Source of the DNA: Octopus sinensis | Taxonomy: Eukaryota | NCBI RefSeq assembly: GCF_006345805.1 | Contig: NC_043019.1 | Location: 26,597,360 to 26,661,359 of the forward strand | Reading direction: 5' to 3' | Length of the DNA stretch: 64,000 nt | Shown: one piece after another, positions 28,101-42,543 of the stretch | Layout: every line of letters starts with the position of its first letter | How positions within the stretch are numbered: position 1 is the stretch's first letter | Made by a program: the position numbers and the translations under genes | Notes under the pieces: generated by a model | Told to the model about the DNA's origin: nothing | The model's database searches: none | What the model saw: only the letters and a program-made list of their open reading frames with translations

Positions 28101-29422
28101 GAAAAGAAGCGTCAAGCTAAGCAAAATCTCTGTCTTCCATATATACAGGCTTGCCCTTTCAGGTGTCAGTGCTGCATAAACACACCTGTGCCAGTTCTGT
28201 GTAAAAACACCTGTGCCAGTGCTGTGGAAACACACCTGTGGCAGTGTTACATAAAAAGCACCCAACCACACTCTGTTAAGTGGTTGGCATTAGGAAGGGC
28301 ACCCAGCTGTAGAAACCATGCCACAACAGACAATGGGAGCCTGGACAGCTCTCAGCTGGCCAGCTCCATGTCAAACCTATTTCTTTACTACCCACAAGGG
28401 GCTAAACACAGAGGGGACAAACAAGGACAGACAAACGGATTATGTCGATTATATCGACCCCAGTGCGTAACTGGTACTTATTTGATCGACCTCGAAAGGA
28501 TGAAAGGCAAAGTCGACCTCGGCGGAATTTGAACTCAGAATGTAGCGGCAGACGAAATACCTCAAAGCATTTAACGTTTCTGCCAGCTCGCCGCCTTCTG
28601 CCAGCTGACCAGCTACATGTCAAACCGTCCAACCCATGCCAGCATGGAAAACAGCGTATTTTTAATGGTGATGATGATGATAATGATGAACATCCGCCCT
28701 GATACTTTTTGACCAGACCTCGTATGCAGCCGGTTGAAGGACTTCCATACATTTTCTATCCACTCAGTTCTATTCTGAAGGATTAGCATGACCTACATTT
28801 AGTCTGGCAAGGTGGGAACAAGAGGACATTGAATGTGTTGCCTTGTGGTATTAGCTCCAATTTTTTTTTGTGGTCTGAGTTCAACTCCTGCTGTGGCCTA
28901 CCTGGCTGGTAGACTTGATTGGCCACCCAGGTTACCCCACTCCCCCACCATCACCACTCGATACTCTAAGGATACTTTTGAGTGAAATCCACCCTGTTGC
29001 AAGCATTTGTATCAGGACTCCAGTTTGAAGATACTCTTCTCCCTCTTTACTCCTCCGCCGCCCCCATGTCCCCACCGTCCTTATAAGTGTCATGACTACC
29101 TTGTCTCCTTCCTGATTAAACAACAAAACCCGAATGTTTCCTCTCTGGTAACAGAACTGTTTCAACAACCCACCCCACCCTACTGTGACCCCGCGCACAC
29201 TTGGTGGTGGTGGTGGTGGTGGTGTTGAGACTCTGATAGTGGCTAGAAATAGCAGGGATTACTTGTCTGACCAATGTATACTGATGCATATTTCTTTCTT
29301 CTAGAATGCTCCAGAATGGAGTCATCAATGAAGCTTGTAGGATGGAACATCCTTCCTGTTTATCAAAAGCCAATCATCTATTCAAAAGATGGAAGACAAA
29401 TCCTAAAGAAAACAAGTGAGTA

Positions 29423-29453
<31 letters not shown>

Positions 29454-31646
29454 TATTATTATCTTCATCATTGTCATCATCATTATCATCATCATCATCA
29501 TCATCATTTAGGCAGCGAGCTGGCAGAATCGTTAGCACACCGGGCGAAATACTTAACGGTATTTCATCTGTTGCTACGTTCTGAGTTCAAATTCCGCCAA
29601 GGTCAACTTTGCCTTTCACCCTTTCGGGGTCGATAACTTAAGTACCAGTTGAATCGGGGGGGGGGGTCAATGCAATCAATTTACCCCACTCTCCTGAAAT
29701 TACATTATATTATTTTCCATCATACTATTAGTTTTGTTTTCATTTTGAAAAGTCAAAATATATTTTGTGGTTTATTATTGTTTAGTGCACCTGTGCTGGT
29801 GACACATAAAGAACACCTTTGGAGGCCTCATGGAGGCAAAATGGTTGTGTTCTTTTTGAGTGTTGGGCCTCATGGAGGCAATGACTGTGACCTTTGGAAT
29901 TATGTTGGCCTCACGGAGGCAAAGTGGCTGAGTTTCTTTTGAGTGTTGGGCCTCACAGAGGCAAAGTGACTGAGTTCTTTTCAAATGTTGGGCCTCACGG
30001 AGGCAAAGTGACTGAGTTCCTTTTGAGCACAGGGTCTCATGGAGGCAAAGTGGCTGAGTTCTTTCGAGTGTTGGGCCTCACAAAGACAATGACTGTGACC
30101 GTTGGAATTATGTTGGCCTAACAGAGGCAAAGTAGCTGAGTTCCAGCAAGCACTGGGCCTCACGGAGGCAAAGTGGCTGAGTTCCTTTTAGAGCACTGGG
30201 CCTCATGGGGGCAAAGTGGCTGAGTTCCAGCAAGCACTGGGCCTCATAGAGGCAAAGTGGCTGAGTTCTTTTTGAGCACTGAGCCTCACAGAGGCAAAGT
30301 GACTGAGTTCCTTTCAAGTGTTGGGCCTCACATAGCAATGACTGTGACCTTTGGAATGATGTTGGCCTCATAGAGGTAATGTGGCTGAGTTCCTTTTGAG
30401 TGTTGGGCCTCATGGAGGCATGACATTATGTCATGCTTGAAAAGAAGACCCATTAAGCCAAGCAAAATTGCAGTCATGGCAGATACCATATCATGCAAAT
30501 TGTCACCCGTACTGGTGGCATGAAAAAGCACCCCGTGGTCATGCAAATGGCACTTGTTCCAGTGGCATGTAAAAGCACCCATTGCACTCTTGGAGTAGTT
30601 GGTGTTAGGAAAGGCATCCAATCATAGAAAACCATGCCAAATCAGACTGGTGTCTGGTGCAGCCTTCTAGCATGCTAGCCCGGTCAAACCATCCGATCTA
30701 TGCCAGCATGGACAACGATGATGATGATGATGATGATGAGGAGGAGGAGGATGAAGACAGCGATGATGATGATAATTATATGTTATACTTTTATTGCATT
30801 TAGCTGTGTTGCAATTATTATTTTCTACTTATTTTGACCAAACTCATTTGATTTCCGACTTAAACAAAAAAATAATTTAGAGACGGCAAAATGAATTCAA
30901 TAGAAATAACTTGGAGGGAACCATGATGGAAATCCTTAAGACTCTCGGGCAACAAACTTTAGAATTTGAAGATTGTCTATTATAAACAATATTTTGAATT
31001 ATTTTTTATACCTGCATTTTCTCTCTGTATCTATCTATCTATCCACCCACCCACCTACCAGTTTCCTGCCTCTCTCTACTCCATCAATCTCTCCTTCTCC
31101 CCTTTCTCTCTCTCTCACTCTATCTCACTCTCTCTCTCTATACAAATTCATAACTCATATCTCCCATGACCCAGCTTATTCTCCACCTCTCTGTACACCA
31201 TTACTCTCATCTTTTAAAAATAATTTAATCAAACTTAAACCCAATACACTGCATATTTCGTCCACAGCACCTGAGACACTCTAGGTAGCATTAAAATACA
31301 CATCATTCTTCCTTTGTTTCTTTTACACATGAAGATGAGGAGGATGCTGGTGGTGGTGATGATGATGATTGTTGTCATAAGTTTTAACAACCTTCAAATG
31401 TTTTTTTAAATATTTTTCTGACATCATTCTTATTGTTTGTTTTTATTCTATTTTTCTGCTTCTAGAATCCCGACTCAATTTTTGAGACAAGTCATGTGTA
31501 TTGGTATCAGACAAGGTGGCACCAGGGATTGTCTGTTTGTCAAAGACCAATTGAAGACACAGCCTGCCTCCATTGCCATTAGGATGCATTTTGCAATAAG
31601 TTGCTCAAAAAAACCCTGGGTTCTTCAAAGGTATGGCTGTTCAATA

Positions 31647-31678
<32 letters not shown>

Positions 31679-32805
31679 GGGCTGATTGCTATTTAGCTCA
31701 GATACCAGGAAACCCCAAAATGGCAGAAATTCAAAAGATAGTACTCATGGGAACTGCCCATATCCTACGCAAAATACTTCTATGTGATCTCAAATTTTAA
31801 AACAAACACATAATTTTCTTATGGTATTTTAAACATTCTTTAGAACAACACTATGTACAAAACCAAATATATGGCACCCTAGGCATAACACCAACATGAA
31901 CTTCTAACTTGTTGTCTCTTGAGGTCTCTGGGTGAGACTTGGAGCCAACTTGTACAAATATAAAGCAAAAGTCAAGCATAGAATAATAATAATAATAATG
32001 ATAATAATAATAATAATAATAATAATAACGTGTCTCTAAAAGAAATGGAGAAACTTTCAAAATACGAAGACCTGGAAATAGAGGTAACCAGAATGTGGAA
32101 TCTAAAAACAGAAACAATTCCTATCATAATAGGTGCATTAGGCATGATAAAAAAAATATTCAGACAAATACATAACAAAAACACCAGGACTTACAAACAC
32201 ATATAACATACAGAAAATTGCGCTACTGGGCACTGCACACATCCTACGCAGAACACTTTCCATACAATAACCATCAGAGCATCACAACAAATCACAGCAC
32301 ATACCCAAGGCACACAGAGCTGTGCTCGGTAGTGAAGTGAAAGCACGATATAAAAAATATACTACTGAATGATAATAATAATAATAATAATATAATAATA
32401 ATGCTGATAACAGTCACACTCTTCTTATTGTTCTTTTACCTTTGAGAGGAGTATCATCAATCCTTAAATATTACCAAAATGAAGCAGATTGAGGTGTTTA
32501 TTTTGAACTTGTGGAAGACACACGAAATGTCAAAATATTGTTCATTTGATAACAGTTGCACTCTTCTTATTGTAAAAATTAATAATAATAAAGTACTGCC
32601 CACGTCCTTAGAAAAACCCTATCCATTTAAATGTCTGTGTTGTATTACATGAAGATATTTCGCTATTGCCCCTGCTGCTTCCTCACCCCAAGTTTTCAGT
32701 CATACTGTAACATCTCTTATCCTTCACTCGCCCCAGGATGCTGGGTGTGCCTTGGCAAGAGACAGTAACAAAGATGCAGATTAAAAATTTAAAAAAGTAA
32801 TAATC

Positions 32806-32839
<34 letters not shown>

Positions 32840-34462
32840 TAATAATAATCCTTTCTGCTAAAGGCACAAAGCCTGAAATTTTGGGGGAGGGGACTAGTTG
32901 ATTACATCAACCCCAGTGCGTAACTGGTACTTATTTTATCGACCCTGAAAGGATGAAAGGTGAAGTCGACCTCGGCAGAATTTGAACTCAGAATGTAAAG
33001 ACGGACAAAAACACCCCTAAGTATTTTACCTGGCATGTTAGCGATTCTGCAATCTCATCACCTTACAGGTGCAAAGCATTGATGATGTAACCGTGTATTT
33101 TTAGAACGACATTGCGGGGTTGATGTGAGAGGCCAGATCTGGCCAGCTTGAGCATAAAATAGAATATTCGAACCAGATGTGGTTGCTTTGAATGCTAAAG
33201 TGTTAATATTTGCATATTTTTGCATATTTTTGCATGCGGTTTTTTTCTTTGTTTTTTCTTTTTGCATTGTCCATGCCATCTTTCTTTGCATGTCTTCCGC
33301 ATCTTTCCTGCAGTTTCATCATTTCTTTATTCCTGTCATTTACTCAACCAGCATCTCCTCTATTGTCTTCTAATATTCTGTCTTGTCACCATATTAGCTA
33401 CTTGAATGATATAACCCACTCTGATAACTTCGATATCCGTCTGCTAGTAACTGCTGTCGTACATCTTGCACGGAACCCTTGCAGCACGACTCTTGTTAAG
33501 CGTTTCTTTGCTGACAAATGTGCCACAAACACTTCATTCTTCATCAGTTCCAAGTAAGTAAATACTCTTTACTCTTTACTCTTTACTCTTTTACTTGTTT
33601 CAGTCATTTGACCGCGGCCATGCTGAAGCACCGCCTTTTTTTTAATCGAGCAACTTGACCCCGGGACTTATTCTTTGTAAGCCCAGTACTTATTCTATCG
33701 GTCTCTTTTGTCGAACCGCTAAGTGACAGGGACATAAACACACCAGCATCGGTTGTCAAGCAATGCTAGGGGGACAAACACAGACACACAAACATACACG
33801 CACACACACACACATATATATATATACATATATACGACGGGCTTCTTTCAGTTTCCGTCTACCAAATCCACTCACAAGGTTTTGGTCGGCCCGAGTCCAT
33901 AGTAGAAGACACTTGCCCAAGGTGCCATGCAGTGGGACTGAACCCGGAACCACGTGGTTGGTAAACAAGCTACTTACCACACAGCCACTCCTGCGCCTGG
34001 GACATTTTTTTCACTAAAAACGTTTACTTTGAGGTTGTTTTGTTTTGGGATTTGGTTTGCAAGATTCTTTATGTGAGTTTGTGTGTTGAAGCATGTTTTG
34101 TTGCGTCTGTGGAGGGTCATTCTCTTTTAGTACCTTATTATTTAACACACTCACTGGTAAAGTTTCCACTCATTTACTTATTTATTTTTCCTAAAATTTT
34201 CATTGCATCTTGTAATCTTTTCAATAGTTGTTTTACATTTATACTTGTTTTTTTAAATATTTTTGTTGTTTTTTTTTATTTATTTAATAACATTTCCCTC
34301 TTTTTATTTCTTTCTTTCTTTCTCTCTTTCTGTCTGTCTGTCTGTCTTTCTTTTTTCTTCCTTCCTTCCTTTCTCTCTTTCTTTGTTAACTCCTTCACAA
34401 TCCATAAGTTACTACTACTACTACTACTACTGCTGCTGCTGGCGCCGCTGCCGCCACTACTG

Positions 34463-34509
<47 letters not shown>

Positions 34510-34757
34510 ACTGCTGCCGCTGCCACTACTACTACTACTACTACTATTACTACCACTGCTGCTGCTGCTAACTCATTCAGTTCTGTAACTGCTGCTACTA
34601 CTTGTACTACCACTGCCGTCTTCACCACCACCACCACCACCACCACCACCAAAACCATCACCATCACCACCGCTGCCACTGCCGCCACTGTCACTATTGC
34701 TGTCACCACTACTACACTACTACTACTACTACTACCACCACAAAGACGGCGACGACC

Positions 34758-34788
<31 letters not shown>

Positions 34789-35441
34789 TCACCATAGCTA
34801 CTATTTCTAACAGGTCTAGTGAATGTGTAAAGGTTTCCTTCACTGGTTCATACATACATGAAATATATTTTCCAGCATCCAAGTCAGCTGTATTTTATGC
34901 TATATAGCAATAAACATGTAGTGTAAACATTCAAACATCATCATAATCTTTCCAAATCCAGCTGCATTTCACATGGAGTGTTTGGTACACCAATCCTGTC
35001 TTGGTGTATACGTTGAGTTATCATTTTTGGCTGTAAATTTTGATCTGAATAATTCAAATTGTCTGCCAGAAAATCTGGTAATTCCATTGATTAAAATTAC
35101 AATGTCGGTTCTTCTTTTCCCTTACAGTTACTCATCAGTGCCATGTAAGAATGTGATTAAAGCTGTGAATACAGCAACAGAAATCCAGCATTTTGACAAT
35201 GTAAGTTGCTTTTTAAATTCGTTAACTAATAGTATTGCATTGATGAACATGCAGGAGTGGCTGTGTGGTAAGAAACTTGCTTCCCAGCCACATGGTCCCA
35301 GGTTCAGTTCCACTGTGTGGCACCTTGGACAAGTGTCTTTTATTATAGCCTTTGGATGACCAAAGCTTGTGAGTGGATTTGGTAGACGGAAACTGGAAAA
35401 TGCCAGTTGTATATACATATATATATATATGTGTGTGTGTG

Positions 35442-35472
<31 letters not shown>

Positions 35473-35499
35473 ATATATATACATACATATACATATACA

Positions 35500-35540
<41 letters not shown>

Positions 35541-37574
35541 ATATATATATATGTATACACACACACACACACACACATATATATTTGTGTGTGTGTGTCT
35601 GTGTTTGTCCCTCCTCCATCACTTGACAACCGATGCTGGTGTGTTTACATCCCTGTAACTTAGCAGCTCGGTAAAAGAGACTGACTGAATAAGTACTAGG
35701 CTTACAAAGAATAAGTCCTGGAGGCAATTTGTTCGACTAAAGGTGGTACTCCAGCATGGCCGCAGTCAAATGACTGAAACAAGTAAAAGAAAGATATAAA
35801 AGAAAAAAGATAAAAATTTCATTTACTGATGAATCAATTAAATTCATTTTATTGTCTGTGTGTCTAAATGCAGTCAACATTTATATAGGGGTCAATGTGT
35901 GTGTGTGTGTGGGGGGGGGGTGTAATTAAAGTATTTACATGTAATGTCTATATAATAGGCACATGGATGGCTGAGGCGGTAGAGCATCAGGTGAAATTCC
36001 ATCAACACTTGTTGCCTTTCTACCCTTCAGCTATTCTATAGACTTGACGATCCATTCTTTGGTCGGAATCCTGTCCAGGTCTGTGCACAAGATAAACCCA
36101 GGATGGTCATGGCTGAGATTCTCTTGATCATAGGTCTGTTCAATCAAGGTTGACCTGGGGTTAAACAACAACAACAATAGCAACAACAAAACTGCTGGAG
36201 CTAATAAGGATGCCCCTTGCAGTGATGTGACCTGTTAGAAATAACAGTCAAATAGGACCCTAATATCTTTAAAAGAAGGACGGACACATTAGATAATATA
36301 GTCCTAGATACTACTAAAAGACAGGAAATTCTCTTGATCATAGGTCTGTTCAATCAAGGTTGACCTGGGGTTAAACAACAACAACAGCAACAACAAAACT
36401 GCTGGAGCTAATAAGGATGCCCCTTGCAGTGATGTGACCTGTTAGAAATAACAGTCAAATAGGACCCTAATATCTTTAAAAGAAGGACGGACACATTAGA
36501 TAATATAGTCCTAGATACTACTAAAAGACAGGGTAGGTATGCAGTTCTATATTTAAGAGATGAGGAATTATGTACATTATTTACATTCGACGGATATTTG
36601 TCCTCATCTTGTTTGTTGTTAACACAACGTTTCAGCTGATATAATAATAATAATAATAACAACAACAACATTGAAAAATACCTCAGGAACGAGAACCCAG
36701 GTTCGAAATTTCCCCAAGACATCTGAAGAAGGCTGGAGGGTATATCAGCCAGAACATTGTGTTAACAACAAACAAGATGAGGACAAATATCTGTTGAATG
36801 TAAATAATATAAATAATGTAGGATGGGTATGGTTGGAAAGCCTTTGATCACCTGTCTGTTTGAGAGGGCCTTGAGGCTAAATAACAGCAACAAATGGTAT
36901 CATTATTAATTTGTGTGTATGTAACTTTTATTTATGAAACTTTTTTATTTCAGATAAATATTGGTGATGCTGGTAGTATCTTTGAGAGAAAACAAATGAT
37001 AATACATCAAATTAAGGACTCTTGGAGCAAGTATAACCTTGAGAAAGGAGTGGAGGGCATCAAAGAACTGTCTTACAAGTAAGAATTTTTATTTTTTTCC
37101 ATTTTGGTGTATCAGTGGAAGAGAAACTGAGAAAAAATGTATAAATTCTTAAAATTTTTTTTTATAAAGCCAAAACAAGTTATAAGAAAGAATATAAGTT
37201 AATGATTTGTGCTTTTACATTGTACTTCAATATTTTGGGTTTAATTGCTCTTCTTCAGGATACATTGGAATTCTAGGTAAAAACACAAACCATCAACCCT
37301 ATGATCGATGCCAGTGCCACCTGACTGGCTACCATGCTGGTGGCATGTAAAAAGCACCATTCAAGCATGGTCATTGCCAGTGCTGCCTGACTGGCTCCCA
37401 TGCCAGTGACATGTAAAAAGCACCCATTACACTCACGGAATGGTTGGCGTTAGGAAAGGCATCAAGCTGTAGAAACATTGCCAGATTGGATTGGAGCCTG
37501 GTGCAGCCTCCTGGTGTACCAGTCCTCAGTCAAACCGTCCAACCCATGCCAGAATGGGAAGCGGACGTTAAACA

Positions 37575-37607
<33 letters not shown>

Positions 37608-37635
37608 TTGCATTGTTTTGGCTTTATAAGCAAAA

Positions 37636-37672
<37 letters not shown>

Positions 37673-40600
37673 ACGCGCATGGGTGTGTGTGTTTAGGAGC
37701 AAATGTGACTCTGTGGTAAGAAGTACACTTTCCCAGCCCCTGATTTACCTGTTCTTTTGTATGATGATTGTACAATAATTAGTCCTTTTACACTAATTAA
37801 AGATGGAGTTTGACGGTCTTTTTTTTTTCTTTTGTCTTTTTAAACATTCCTTTAGCCTTCCCCACTTCATAAATTTTGTTTGTCTTTTAGGAAGAAGAAA
37901 ACCTTAAGTGCCAAAATGAGACTGCCCAAAGACCTGATTCCTTTGTCATACGATATAAAAGTCCAACCAGAAATTTATGGTGGTGACCCAACAAAATTCT
38001 ACTTCCACGGGACCGTTCAGATGCACATAATATCTCTAAAACCTGTTAGGACTATTACCTTCCATGCAGACAATTTGGAAATTTCAAACTTAACCGTATA
38101 CACAAACAATGAAATATCATCCCGCGTTCCGATTCTGTCCACATCCATTGATAAAGAAAAGCAGATGTTTAACATTCTTCTTGGAACAGAAATTGCTGCC
38201 AATACCAGTGTCACAGTGAAATTAAACTTCAGGGGTAACCTGAAGAAACAACTGAGTGGTCTCTACCTTAGTTCTTATTACAAAAGAGGAAAAGAGATGT
38301 AAGTATTTGTTCCTTCTTTATTCTAAAGAAAAAAATAAATTATTGTTGTTGAAACCCACATCAGCCTTAACAAGGATAACAAATGATAAAAGCCACTCCT
38401 GTTCTAACTATTGTGTCTCTGTTGTACAATGTAAAGGGTTCATTATTTGCATTATTTACATTATTTACATTTGACGGATATTTGCCCTCATCTTGTTTGT
38501 TGTTAACACAACGTTTCGGCTGATATACCTTCCAGCCTTCATCAGGTGTCTTGGGGGAAATTTTGAACCTGGGTTCTCATTTAATGGGTCTGAAGAAGGC
38601 TTGTTAAGATATTACAGCAATGCATGTATTCAGTCCTTGAATTAATATATATGGAAGCACTCCGTCAGTTACGACGACGAGGGTTCCGATTGATCCGAAT
38701 CAATGGAACAGCCTGCTCATGAAATTAACGTGTAAGTGGCTGAGCACTCCACAGACACGTGTACCCTTAACGTAGTTCTCGGAGAGATTCAGTGTGACAC
38801 AGAGAGTAACAAGGCCGGCCCTTTGAAATACAGGTACAACAGAAACAGGAAGTAAGAGTGAGAGAAAGTTGTGGTGAAAGAGTACAGCAGGGATCACCAC
38901 CATCCCCTGCCGGAGCCTCGTGGAGCTTTAGGTGTTTTCGCTCAATAAACACTCACAACGCCCGGTCTGGGAATTGAAACCGCGATCCTATGACCGCGAG
39001 TCCGCTGCCCTAACCACTGGGCCATTGCGCCTCCACGAATTAATATCTAGACCAACGCATAACCATGCATTATCAATCCAGTGGGTTACAAGCTCTCATA
39101 AGTGAACCACTATAATGGATTTCAACTGATCAATTACTCATATCGAATCAATTGGGTTACAAAGTATTTGTGTATTATTTGCTGGCTTGGTGGGGTTACA
39201 GGATGTTCCACTGAACAAGTGGGCTACAAAGACAAGTAACCCAGTGGGTTACACCAATCTGTGGGTTAGAACATGTATATGAGCATGTATGTGTGTATGA
39301 GTGTATATGTGTGTGTATATATAAGTATGTGTGGGTATATATGTGTGTGTATATATATGTGTGTATGTGTGTATATGTATATGTGTGCATGTATGTATGA
39401 ATGTGTGTGTGATTATATGTGTATGTTTGTGTGTGTGTATGTATATATATATATATGTGTGGGTGTATGTATATATATGTGCGTGTGTGCATGTATATAT
39501 ATATGTGTGTGTGTTTGTGCATGTATATATTGTATTACTTGTTTGAAATGACACAATAGGTTACAGTGGCTTACAATGGTACCATTTGTTATTTATTTAC
39601 TAAGACAATGAGTCACAGAATATAACAATGTAGGTTTTCAAGACATTAGATCGTCATCTTCAAATCTCTGTCTCAAAAAACTTGAAAAACCTCTCCAGGT
39701 GAAATAAATTCCAAAAGACACTATTTCCATTCTGTTTCAGATATTTGGCTACAACCCAGTTTGAACCAACGTCTGCCCGAAAAGCCTTCCCCTGTTTTGA
39801 TGAACCTCAGATGAAGGCCAAATTCAATGTGAAGATTGTCAGAAAGAAGCATTACAAGTCCATATCTAACACCAATGTGAAGAGCACGGTGAAACTGGAG
39901 TAAGGTTTTTTACCATTTTCTCAAATAGTTGCCATTATATATGATGATGATGATGACGATGATGATGACGATGACGACGACGACGTCGACGATCACCATC
40001 ATCATCGTCATTTAACATCTGCTTTCCATGCTGGCATAAGTTGGACGGTTTGACTGAGGACTGGCAAGCCAGGAAGCTGCACCAGGCTCCAATCTGATTT
40101 GACAAGGTTTCTACAGCTGGAAGCCCTTCCTAATGCCAACCACTCTGAGAGTGTAGTGGGTGCTTTTTATGTGCCACCATCATGGGAGCCAGTCAGGCAA
40201 CACTGGCATTGGCCATGCTTGAATGGTGCTTTTTACATGGTCGTCAGACAGAGAGCCACCTGCTACTCACCATTGTCCTAGCAGGTGACCCAAGCAATTA
40301 AGATTTGAATTGATGTTGCTGCTATATCAATAACACCATGTGGCTTGTGTTGACCAATAGCAGAACAATATCTAAAAGCCATCTTGGATTTGTCTCATTT
40401 GGTCTCTACAAGCCTGATGCGACAGGTCCATTTCATGAGCCTTTAAGGTCCATTTTATGAAGCCATACAACATTATCTTCATCATCATCATTTAATGTCT
40501 GTTTTCCATGCTGGCATGGGTTGGACGGTTTGACAGGAGCTGGCAAGGTTTCTATGGCTGGATTCCCTTCCTAATGCCAACCACTTTACAGAGTGTACAG

Positions 40601-42511
40601 GATGTTCTTACAAAGCATTAGTATGGGTGCATTGATATTGGATCAGCATGAGTGCCTTTTATGTGGCACCAGCATCCACGAGCTTGCATATACTCAGCTG
40701 GAGAAGGATGTAGCGGACATGCCTGTGTGACAGGACAACCTTGATTTTAGTTAGCTTGACATGTCTTCTCAAGCACGACAAACCACCAGGAGTCTCGGTC
40801 CTCTGTCATCCCCTTTATGAGGTCCAGTGTCTTAAGATCCTTTCTCACCACTTCATCCCATGTCTTCCTGGGTCTACCCCTTCCACATGTTCCCTCCACA
40901 TGTGTAACATAGTAACATAATATATAGAGCATTTCAATAATGTGAGAAAAGTACGCTTCAGTATTCATCACTGAATATAGAAACGTATGTAACAGATGAA
41001 ATAAAGAAATACTAAATTCATCCCCATTATTTTCCTTTTTTCTCTCAGTATAAGGCGTTTGTCATCTTCGTCTGCTGCAGATGACCTGGCTTTGCTTAAT
41101 GAATCCATAGGAACTTTTATTATTATATACACCTGTGACTTCATGGATCTTTATGATTTATGAACTTGGTTATGACATAATCCACAGTTACAACATAATC
41201 CACAGTTACAACATAATCCACAGTGCTCCCGAAACAGCTGTCAAGAAACTATTACATAACTCCTTTTGTTTATTTTGTATTCTTTATTCAATACCCTCTA
41301 TTTTGTATTTCATGTAAATATTTGCATTAAGTCAGTCTGTTTTTATCTGCCTTTCTACTTATATATATGCTAGTATTGAACAGTGAGAAGGAGCATTCAA
41401 CATTGCATTGGTAGATAAATTTTCTTTATTTGTGGATCAACAAGGCAACCAATGGTTTTATGTATGAAAGGTCTCCACAGTTGTTCAAATGAACAACTTG
41501 GGAATGTTGGTACTTATCTCTATTGTGGAGATCTCTTCCAAATGAAACCTCTGGTTGCCTTGTTAATCCATAAATAAAATATATACATATATATATGAGC
41601 ATGTATGTGTGTATGTGTATATATGTGTGTGTGTGTGTGTGCATTTGTGTATGTATGGATGTGTGTATATATAATTATGTGTGGGTATATGTGTGTGTGT
41701 ATATATATGTGTGTGTATGTGTATATGTGTGCATGTATGTATGTTTGTGTGTATATGTATGTGTGTGTGATTATATGTGTATGTATGTGTGTATGTATAT
41801 ATATATATATATGTGGGTGTATGTATAGATATGTGCGTGTGTGTATGTATGTATATATATGTGTGTGTGTTTGTGTATGGATATATATGTGTGTTTGCAC
41901 GTATATATATATGTATATGTGTGTGTATGTGTATGTGTGTGTATGTATATATATATGTGTGTGTGTATGTATATATATGTGCGTTTATGTGTATGTGTAT
42001 GTATATATGTGTGTGTGTGTGTGTGTGTGTCTGTGTGTATATATATATACATATCACCTTGACCACCTTGACCGACCAGTCCATCGGGCGTCCATTTGAC
42101 ACCGCTGGACACAGCATGCTGTCCACTCCTCTCTGGATCTGCGCGATCCAGATATATATATACATATATATAGATATAATATGCTTGTAGTAATGGCTGT
42201 AAAAATGTCACGTACCTCACACACTCTTCTGCTGTCTTCTACGTATTTGCAGGGACGACTGGATCGAAGACACATACCACACAACCCCTAAAATGTCCAC
42301 CTACCTCCTCGCCTTCATCGTCTGTGACTTCAGTTACACGTCACAAATGGGTTCCAGCAACAAAACACTGGTGAGACCTTTCTCTTAGTTTCCTCATCAA
42401 TTCCACCACCACCACCACCACCAACCACCACCACCAACCACCACCACCACCACCACCACCACAACAACAACAACAACAACAACCACCACCACCACCACCA
42501 CCACAACCACC

Positions 42512-42543
<32 letters not shown>

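Noticed and set aside
38960-39034. tRNA-like sequences with A/B boxes (also 21820-21885, 56838-56900)
   Set aside because: They are SINE heads continuing into repeat bodies; no complete acceptor stem.
39630-39665. Minus-strand TTGAAGA...GAAA resembling another hammerhead
   Set aside because: Stem II is misaligned and there is no convincing stem I or III; at best a decayed relic.
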